Assembly: GCA_004764695.1 (NCBI GenBank)
Contig: SMSO01000037.1
Coordinates: forward strand, 3,758,747 to 3,822,746
DNA: 64,000 bases
From: Schizochytrium sp. TIO01
Taxonomy: Eukaryota > Protista > Bigyra: Labyrinthulomycetes
Reading direction: 5' to 3'
Shown here: one piece after another, positions 53,831-64,000 of the stretch
Layout: every line of letters starts with the position of its first letter
How positions within the stretch are numbered: the stretch's first letter is position 1
Program-made: the position numbers and the translations under genes
The notes under the pieces: generated by a model
Told to the model about the DNA's origin: nothing
The model's input: only the letters and a program-made list of their open reading frames with translations
Databases searched by the model: none

Positions 53831-55522
53831 CTCAGAAAGAAAGAACGCGATGCGACGGCTTGTACTCCCCCCGCCTCTGGGTACCAGCAACACTATTTCA
53901 TAAAATTAAAGGCAATATTAATTAATTAATTAGTTTTTTAAATCACACACACCAAACGCAAAACATCAATTTGAACAGAGAACGGATGAAACAAAGAGAG
54001 AAACCTGTGGCGACAGCAATGCACCGCGCTTAATAAGGCTCAGAGCAAGTGACTTTGACCTTTGGACTCAACTCAATCTCTATTGGCGGGGTTTCTGCTT
54101 GTGAGAGTGCGCTTCCTCGAGGTCATAATGGCTGCTGCTTCTGCGTGTGCACCAGCTCCAGCTACGGAAGGAGTTATCGTTAACCGTCTCACCCCTACTG
54201 CACCTACGCGGGAAAGACTCTCCGAGTCAATCTCGAGATGCAAAATTTTCCATATCTAGTGAATCTTTCCACATATGCTATGGCGCCACTGCCATGAAAC
54301 AAGGATCAAGATTTTTTATTGCGTTGAGCTCTGGTATAAATGTATGTATGTATGTATGTACATCCTAAGCAAAGCCCGCTTCTCGCTTCTCGCTGCGTGC
54401 TTCTTGCCGTGTTCCGGCTGTTCTTTAGCCATTCGAGCATGGGAACGAATGTCGCTCGCAGTAGTGTTTCTCCTAGTTCCAGTCCCAGAAGGGACTTCTT
54501 CGCAGGGATCATCCAACGAGCAAGTTTCTCTCTCCAGAGAAGGAATCAGCTGCTCAACGCAGCGCTGCGCCAGCATCCACAAGCAGAAGCAGAAGCAGAA
54601 GCAGAAGCAATCACATGGTCTTTCCGAAGACCGCGCGTGGTGGATGTGAGTATTCGAGTCTTCGAAATCTGTCGATCTCAACCCCTAATTCATTCGAGAT
54701 CGAGGTTGGTGAGGGTTCTAGCCGCCACTGTTCTTTTGTTGGTTTGTTTGTTTGTTTGTAAATACTTATGTGAACGATCATCTTGTTTTTTTTAAAAGCA
54801 ATTCGTTCGAATTTCGTTCTTTGTAATGAGATAAAAATACCGTATGGAGGTGGATGGAAAAGAACACCATTCTTTTGATACCATTGGTCCTTTCGTGAAT
54901 AAAAAACCTCCTTTTTAATTAAAAATCAATCTTATAACAAAATCATCATAAACATTTAATTTGAAAAAAGAAAATAAAAAGGTGTTCTCTTCAAAGAGAT
55001 GGTACTTTCTAAACAGAAGAGGAACATCGAAGAGCAGTTTTACTATGTGGCTTTCCAAGGAGGAAGAAGAGGCCATCGAACTCAAGCGAGTCAACGGGCT
55101 CAAGAGCGGCTCGAAGACTCGCCACCTCCTGCACGCGCTGAGTGACTGCGTTCATGACAACGTTTATTTTCTTTCAAGAACTTTGAACAGAACAATCTCT
55201 CTCTCTCTCTCTCTCTCTCCATCTTTTCTCCTGTGCACCGATCGACGTCGCGGCGTTCTCGCGTTGAGAGCTCCATCCACTCGCCCACTCACTCCCTCAC
55301 TCACTCATTCACTCACTCCTTCGTCCTGTTCATCAGATGAGCCATCTGCACATTCATTCCTGTTTCTGGCATGTGTTTGGTTCGTTCATTTCCGCTGCCC
55401 ACCTGAACTATTGATCACTACGCTGAGCAAAGCTGAGCTGAGCTGAGCTGAGCGAGTGTGCGAATGTTGTGTATCGTAGGCGACTTGCTATCCAAACTTT
55501 CTTGGAGGTAAGTCATCTCACG

Positions 55523-55673
<151 letters not shown>

Positions 55674-56633
55674 TAGGTCATACTTTGCGGCATTGGCGCT
55701 CATTCATTTTTAATTGCCGCTGCAGCTTTTTGTGAGACCATTTGCGCACTAAATAAGCAAACCGCGCGATGGGTACCTGAGCGATTTGCAATGGCAGAAT
55801 TGTGCTACTACTTCTACCTGCACAGGACGGCGGCCACCTCCTTTCCGATCGATGGCCACTTCAGGCTTCTCGTCCGAGCATTCGCTCGTTTCCCGGCGGC
55901 GATAGGTTCTTCTTCTTCGAAGCTTGGCCGAAGCGCCTCGTTGTTTGGTTGGTTTTCATCGGATGGTTGGATGGATAGAAGGATGGGTGGATCTTCTTCT
56001 TTCAGCTATATTGACATTGTTCTTGATGCTGTTGCTGTTGTTATTGTTGTCGTGATTCCATAGACGGACGTGAGAACTCGAGGACTCCTCGAAGAAATTA
56101 GCGGCGAGCTCAAGAGACCATGGACCTCGAAGGATCGCTTGCCAGCCAGCCAGCCAGCTTGCCAGGAAGCGAGCTCCTGGACCTTGCGACGAGGTTCTTC
56201 CGTGCGTTATGGCCTTCCTCAGCGCCGTCAACGCTCGGCTAAGCATGCATTCATAATGCATTCATTCATTCATTCATTCATTCTTTGGGATAGTTTAGGA
56301 TGCGTTCTCAGTCCCTGTAAGGAGCGCCGCCTAAGAAATCGATCCCTTCCTTCGCCAAAAAAGCGCGATTTTGGTTTTCGAGGAAGCCTTTTCGAGAGCC
56401 TCTTTCCACTTCTTCTTCGTAAAACCGCCTCCAGCGAGCGGCTACGAACGAGCGAGTGCACGCAAATGCTCCGCTCTCCACGATAGCGAGGCGAGTAGGC
56501 CAATCAGTCGGCTCGCTCGCCAGGGAAAGAAGCCCTCGAACCAAAGAGTAAGGGAGGGTTCTGCTAAGGGGGCTCTTCTCCTCTCGTCGTTCTTTCGCAA
56601 TGAAGAAAGGAAAACGACTCAATATTTCCTCGA

Positions 56634-56667
<34 letters not shown>

Positions 56668-59600
56668 GTTCATTTATTTATTTGTCTTTCTTGATCTTTC
56701 TTCAAGCAAGAGCTTTTATGAGGAAGAGCACGTCATCGAGTATGCAGAATCAGTGGACCTGGCGGCGCAGGTCTTCGCCTCGAAGTCGGCGCGGCAGAAC
56801 GGCGGAACAGCAGAGTTCCTCTGTAGACTTCCTCTGGCAGGAATGGAATGCTGCGGCGCTTCTTCTTATTCCGGTTTCTGGGAGCACCCAAGCCGTCCAG
56901 GCATGCATCCATGCATCATGATGGAGGCCTGTAGTTACTTTAGTTAGCTACCTCACTCGCTTTTGTTAGACGCCATGAGTATGGACATATCTATCTATCT
57001 ATCTATTTACCTATTTATCTATCTATCAATCAATCATTAAATTTATAGAAATCAGAGGTTCGAAATTCTGTGATGTTTTACAAGATCTTGGAGTCTGTAA
57101 TAAGTTGCTTACCGGCGATGATTTCGATTTCGAGATGATGGGCCAAACGCCTCAAGATGCTTGCTGCCTCTGCCAGGCGATCGTGGCCAAGAGGCTGGCG
57201 ATCATGCAGGCAGACAGATAGATAGATCACCGCTGCCACTCGCGATTCGGGGTCCCAATTCCAGCATTATCGACGGATGAGAGCTTGGATTCGATGATCA
57301 TTTTGGAGGCCAATTCTTCACGGCAATGGCTGCAGAGTTGGGATTCGAGGTCCTCTTCTTCATCATCTTCTTCTTCTTCTTCTTTGCAACGCTGGGCAAA
57401 GCTGAGGTTTTCAAGGTGCACTGGGCAAGACGATCTCTGGCTTTGAGACGATCATGTGCTCGCTCCCTTTCTCCGCCCAGCAGAGCTTTTCCAAGGGCCG
57501 CAGACGAATTCCATCGTAGTCATCGTCCCGTGATCTTGAGATGCGTGAGGCTTTGGCTTTAGATCGTTCGTGGGGAACGCGATGATGGATGGCGGTCTCC
57601 GTCATGTCGTGGCAATGTCTCCACCGCACACAAACACACAGACATGTGTCGGCATTATGTCCACGTGCAGAGCTTGGAGGAGGAGGATTGACTCCTCCTC
57701 GCAATCGTGGACGCACGCATTTCGAATGTCAGCCATCGCCTGACATTCATTCATTCATTTATTCATACATCCATTCATTCATGCGTTGTTCATGCATTGA
57801 TCGATGGATCGATGGATCGATGGATCGATCCTTCCGTGAAGTTTTCCTTCTTCATCGAATCAGCCCGAGCTTTGGAGCAATGCTTCGGCACGTTTGGATC
57901 TATCTCACGCTCGCCTTTCTGTTCTTGGCGCTGCCGTGGCCATTCGATGCATCCATGCATCCAGCCATCCAGCCACGATCGTGTGCCGTACACTGCACGG
58001 GCTCATGCACGCATTGCCGCTGCCCGAGGTGAGGTGACGATCGTGATGGATGGCATTCACTCAACAAGAGGACCTGACCTCGAGCTGGGCCGCCTCGCCT
58101 GATGTGAAGAACCGCCGTCTTCAAGTTAAACGCATGAGCGCAAGCCTAAAGTTGTCGCTGCGAGAACTGCAAAACTGCCGGCATTGATTGACATCTTCAG
58201 CGTGGTCGTCCATCATCCGAGTGGCTCTGGATCTTGATTGATGGAGTGCGATCTTGATCGTCGTGAGTGAGTGCGTGAGTGCGGAATTCCTCCGCTGTCA
58301 AGAACCTGGAGATCGAAGGCCACGAGACGAATGTCCGCAGAACTACTGCGAGGAGCCAATCATGGCGGCACAAACGCCGCTAAAGGAAGGCTGGAGGCCG
58401 AGGAAGGCGGCATCGCGAAGGCAAGCAAGCAAGCTCGAGATCTAATCACTCCTTTCGCAAGCGAGATCAAGAGAGATCAAGCAAATTGTGGAGAGGGGGT
58501 CGAGCCATTGGCTGAGCAAGTCTACTGTTGTTTACGCAAGGGAAAAAATAAGGAAGTGCCCATGAACCGGCGGGAAAACAGCGAAAGATAGACCAATTGC
58601 TCTAGATCTAGATCTCTTGGCGCTCATGGACCTAGCTAGCTAGAGGCACCTGGATTCTATCGCCTTCGCTCTTCAAGTCATGCACTGCCTAGTTAAGTGA
58701 ACGCCACCGGAACCCGCTGGGACTCCTGTCGGATGACCCATCGCCAGGATAATGAAATTAGTTGTTCTTCAAGTTGTGGAGGATTTCGTTCGTTTTTTAG
58801 AACTTGTACCTATCTGGCAAAAGTTTCTCCATGCTTTTTTTTTATTTTTTTTTTAATATTGTTTTTAACTTAAATGAAGAAGAATATATCACTAATTTTT
58901 TTTTAATTTTTTTTAAATTAACGAATGTGTTCTCTTTTATTTTACAACTTATTAACTTAAAATGTTTTTGCTTTTAATTATATTGTCAATAAATTAAAAA
59001 TTAAGATCTATAAAACAAAAAGATCATTTCGACTGCATTACAACAAAGCGGCAAGATAAGAACAGTGAAAGAGCAAACAGTCTAGCATAAAGTTGGCGAG
59101 TATTTGCTGTTCTCTGGAATTGTAGCTACCTACCTACCTACCTACCTACTTTGAAATCAGCACTACTGAGCAAGTGAAGAGGAGTAAGTATGCCAGCAAT
59201 AAGCCAAGCTCAGTCAGAACCTAGCATGATGGTTTCAGGGCTTTGTCATGATTGAAATGAGTTTGGTCTGCCTATTCGCGACTGGGAATCGATCGACCGC
59301 GCACCCATTCGCCCCCCTTGTGTCGCCCTTGTGTTGTCAGATGCACAATAACAGCTAACTAGGTAGCTAGCTAACCCCTCATTAATGAACGAGCAAGCAA
59401 GCCTCTATTCACCGGTGCTTGTTTTAGTGGTCACAACAAGTTGAGGGGAAAACCAGCGGACTCGGAAGTGATAACGACGTGCATAAAATGCAGCCTGAGC
59501 AATTCTTCAGGTAGCCATTTGCATGAACCAGTGACGCTTGAGGAAACCCAACTCACATAGCAACCTGAAGTTCGGCCGAACGACAGCGACCCATCTCCGC

Positions 59601-62600
59601 AACAGGAGAAGGAAGGGGCTATAGGAGTCAGCCCATCGACCCAATATGGCGAGTGAGCGTATGCTTGTGCAAGGAATGAACGAATGAATGAATGAATGCC
59701 CACAAGCTTGTACCAATGTATTACCTACACAAGATGTAATCTGTGATAAAATTGCAAATGGGTTCTCTGTAATTATGTACCAACATAGCGGTATACTAAA
59801 GCGCACAAAAACTAGGTAGGGAACCAACCTACCTACCTAGGTTTAGTAGAGCCTGGTGTCACTCGGAATTACTCCTGGGTCCTGATGCAATTTAGTAAAG
59901 TTTCTCATCATTTCGTTTCAAATTGTCATTTCTTCAAATTGAGCAACTTAACAACTTAGACATTCTCTGAGTTAAATGAAATTATTTACAGCTCCTGATC
60001 TGGTCGCTCAAGTCGTTCTTTAGAGGATAGTGAATGTGCGCCCTCCCTCTTCTTCTGCTTGCGTACTTGCTAGGCCGTCTCTTCCTGCCAAGACGAGGCT
60101 AAAATCTTCCTCTCCCACCCTGCGAGGAGACGAAGAGCTCCGCGTTATCTGAACGCTTCTACGCATGACGAAGTTCAATGGCAAAGTTCGACGTGGATGC
60201 CCCTTGTCTTGGCCTGCAAGGTATTTGAAGGAAAATTGTGGGTCACGGCAGCCAAAAAGAGAGCTAGCTAGTCAGCGCCTCAGGGAATCAATAATCTAAA
60301 AGCTGTCCAGCTAATCTATACGCACATTTTCGCAGTCAGCAACATGGCCGCCTTTAGATCATCGCCAACGTCTCCCCTCCAACGGTTGCCAAATCCTGCT
60401 GTTCTCTTGGTTTCAAGATTCACAATCAAGAACTTCTCCAATGGAAGCAAACAAAGCATTGCATTCATCCGACATTCCATGGGCAGGCATACTACGGGCC
60501 GGCTCGCTGCGCAGAAAGGCGGTTAGTGGGAGTTAAGGCGAACTGGGGAACAGCAGGACCTGAGTCTTCAAACGGTCTTCGAGCATAGCATGTGTGGAAC
60601 TTCTGGAGGTGCCAGTGGAACAACACATCCACACACACAAACAGGCAGACAGTCACCTGAGAGACGATACATAGCTCGGGTTTAGTTTCATTAGTGCGAT
60701 TTTCTCCCCTGGCTTGCCACCTAGACAACACGCCTGGCCCCACTGAGCTCATGATCGAGAGGGAGTGGCATCATTGAAGTGGGTGCCGAGACCTGCTTCA
60801 AATGCTTCAAATGGCGACAGCAAGTTGCAGGGTCGAATTCACTTCGAACTGCGCTCTTGGGAAAACAACGACCTATGTAACGTATCACGTTATCGAATCA
60901 GTTAGGATCTTTGAACACATGGAAAAGTTCATCAAGCGAATTTGCGGAACTTCATGGCCGCGTCCTGGTCCGCCAAGCTGATTGCGGAGATCCTTCACAC
61001 GGCACGCAGAGTCTGACCGACGCCCTCCTCGACGACACCAAGCTGCATTTTCCTCGTGAGTGGAAATGATCTTGAGAGCGACCTGGAACCCGTCTACCAG
61101 GTGAGATTTTCCCTTGAGCGTGATCCCTCGCCAACGAATACTCAAAGACGTCTGTCTCTCTGTCTGCCTGCCTCGATTGATTCTTCTTCTCCAGCGAGTC
61201 TTGGCTCGAGAAACTTTGTCCTCGCACTCTCAACAAAAGCAACGCAAGGTCGAGAATCAAGACCCATGATCGGCTCGACCTCCACCACAAGCGGTCTCGT
61301 ACCCACGCAGCACCAAGGACTCGGAAGTCCCGTATCCCTCACTGACCCTCATTATTCGCTCTTCCAGCACACCTTCTCCGTACTTCTCAAGCTAGCTCCG
61401 ATGCCTCGAAACCCGCGGGGCAAAGTGTCTTTCTGCCTGTCCTTCTATTGCGCTTCCTTCCGCTAAACTCGCAAAGAAAAGGTAGAAAACACCGGCACGT
61501 AGTACCTAGGAGTCGGTCTCCCGTCGAGGCTTGTTGGCTATCTATCCTCTTGTTTTGATCTTTCTTCTTGCTTTCTTTCCTTTAAAAAAAAAACATTTTA
61601 TTTTATCTTTAATGGAGAAGAAAAGAAAAGAAAAGCTAGGTACTACTATTGTGTATTTACTACTAACAGGAGACCTTTCCGAAGATCTCAAGAGAACCGA
61701 GCTTCCTGGACCGTTTTGCTACTAGGTAAGTATCTAGGTGCGCAACTAGCAATGGCTGTTCAAGTTGTGAGAACCAGAGAACAGCTTCTCTGACGTGACT
61801 AATTCATGTATAAAGCGCAAGGAGACACCTTCGTAAAGAACAGCCCATCAAGTTAAGGACTATCGTCTTCTCTTCTGCAAAAGAGCTAAATCACCGAGCC
61901 GCTGGTACCTAGGGACTAGTTATCGTGGGGAGAAGTGCCATCCTAATCGACTAGGTCCTGGATATCTGCTGTAATTCCTAAGCATAAGAGCTCAAGAAAC
62001 CCGAACTCCGCAAAGAAGCTAAAAAAGGGAACCAGAGAACGCACGGGTCAATGATAGCACCTTGGTTCGGAAAAGGAGAGCCCGAGCTTGCACAAATTGC
62101 CGAGGTACACAGACAGCTCAAATACGTTGCTCCTGTGCTGACTTCGCAGAGCCGCGTGGCAGTGGTCGAGGTCTCGAGCAGGTTTCAGATGGCAAACTGC
62201 AGCAAGTAGTTCTACATCACCTTGTGCCAGAGCGCTTCGGAGGCGGGAACATCCATCTTCGTAGGATCTTCCTAGCTCCGGCTACGCGGGACCTCAGCCC
62301 GCTCGAGACCACGACGAGGCCCATCTAACTAAATCAAAGCAAGCTGCAGCACGTTGAAGCAAGCTGCGCCGCCGCCGCCTGGTGGGACTGGGCCCGGCCC
62401 GACTCTGGCTATTTTGGATGGCTCGGAGATGAAGAGCTTGGACAACGCAGAGCGATTGAACGAGCGACCTAGCTTTGCTGGCTATTTAATCAGGTTTCAA
62501 GGTGATTGATTTCCAAGCTGTTGAATCACATTGCTGCTCTGACACAGACAATGCGGGACAAGGTCGCGCACGTGAATGCCAGACCTCGTGTTCCGAGTCT

Positions 62601-63059
62601 GCTTAAATTTGCAAGCATGTGGCAAAGTCGCATAAACTCGAGGAAGTGGGCGTGTTCTCCTGCGCTTTAATTTACTATTTCGAGATTAGAAATTCGGGGC
62701 GCCACACTCATAACCTTGCCACAAACATACACGCAGACGTGATGATTGCAGGCAAAGATCCCCGAAGAGGGAGTGGGCGACCTCCTGCACGTGGTGTACG
62801 AGGGCCTGCAGGACAATCTCCTGTTCTTGTGCAGCGTGCCGCCCCATTTTCCCAAGGCCCATGAGAGTTGTCGTTGGTTGTAGCTAAGAATGCAGAAATT
62901 CATTGCAAACGGAACTGCAGCGTCCCACTCCGTCAGGGTAGCTCCCAAGGCTATCGAAGACAGCATCAGGCTGACCAAAGCTCCACCAAGGAGCCCAAGA
63001 ATTATTCGAAATTTGCCCGTTTGAAGAGAATTCAATTTCGCATTCTCTTTCATTCTGAA

Positions 63060-63120
63060 TTTGAAATTCGAAATTCAAAACTCGAAACTCGAAACTCGAA
63101 ACTCAAAAGCCGAAACTTGA
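63060..63120. repeat. 7-bp tandem repeat (CTCGAAA/TTCGAAA)n
   Basis: ttgaaattcgaaattcaaaactcgaaactcgaaactcgaaactcaaaa. Confidence 0.8.
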
Positions 63121-63599
63121 GTCAGTGTTGAAACCTCAATTCCAATTCGAAGCTTCTTGAGAACTTAGCTTCTTGAGAACTTGAGAACCCGCTTGCTCAA
63201 CTTGAACGAAGCCAAGCACGCCTTGTCCGGGGCGGTTTGGCAGCGGAAGGCGCAGCTACACCAGGCCCAGCGAAGAGGAAGGCCGACGCCGCGTCCCGTT
63301 TCTGCGACCATCGCACGACGCCGGGTCTACTCGCAGCGCCACCCAATCGCAGCTCTCTCGAGACCGGTCAGCAGCGGCACAAGCAACGTACCCCAGCACT
63401 ACTGTTCCCGTTATGTACACGGCTAGCAATCCCTGGCCTCGAGGTAATATTGTTCATTTAGGTTCGTGCGTTCATTTGTCCATTCAGAAACATTGATATT
63501 ACTCATTTCAAACTCGAACACTGATGTTTGTTTATTTTCTTCGTTCGTTCATTCAAAACATTCGAACCTATTCATTCAGAAACACCAATACATATTTAT

Positions 63600-63646
63600 C
63601 ATTCATTCATTCATTCATTCATTCATTCATTCATTCACTCATTCAG
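63600..63646. repeat. (ATTC)n microsatellite within a degenerate ATTC-rich tract
   Basis: About 9-10 copies. Confidence 0.9.
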
Positions 63647-64000
63647 AAACACTCATAGTTCCCACTCATTAGCTTGCATTTGTGTAAATTGCAACATCTC
63701 AGAGGTACTCACCTAGGAGTACTTCTTCAGGTGCATTCGAAATGTGGCAGGCCGGCTACTGACGCTGCAAATGCACTGAAAAATACCTTCACAAGCAGGA
63801 ACCTTTCGCTCTCCCTCGCAGGGACGGCTTCGTCCCAAATGTTTGATGGTGTTCAACTCCGCCAAAGAAGCAACAGCTGCTCATCTCAGGCAATCTTTCA
63901 TCTAAGGTACAAACAAATTAATTAGATAACCTAATCTTCGTCCAGAAATATAAAAAATTAAAACAAATACATATAATACATTAAATACATAAATCTTCAA

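Overview
Eukaryotic genomic DNA with no introns needed to explain any gene, GC3-biased genes and microsatellite-rich intergenic DNA. I infer a labyrinthulomycete/thraustochytrid-type stramenopile (Aurantiochytrium/Schizochytrium-like). Nine protein genes are supported. (1) A secreted precursor segmented by RxL motifs (831..<1, minus; it runs off the window edge and is absent from the ORF track). (2) A 1826-aa protein that looks like a catalytically dead, domesticated piggyBac-like transposase with an embedded YqaJ/lambda-exonuclease fold and two transposase-type C-terminal zinc fingers. (3) A 79-aa hyperacidic protein. (4) A PIP5K with ZnF and DEP domains and a zinc ribbon inserted in its activation loop. 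(5) VMP1. (6) A family-3 fatty aldehyde dehydrogenase. (7) An elongated Dictyostelium-ABP34-like EF-hand actin-bundling protein. (8) An ABCC/MRP transporter. (9) A secreted M12B metalloprotease with PAN domains. Gene-free stretches at about 8-18.8 kb, 24.3-30.3 kb and 45-64 kb contain AT islands spaced roughly 1 kb apart (many T-rich then A-rich), tetranucleotide microsatellites and coding-like fossils. No tRNA, rRNA or CRISPR was recognised. All family assignments are by eye from motifs; no searches were run.
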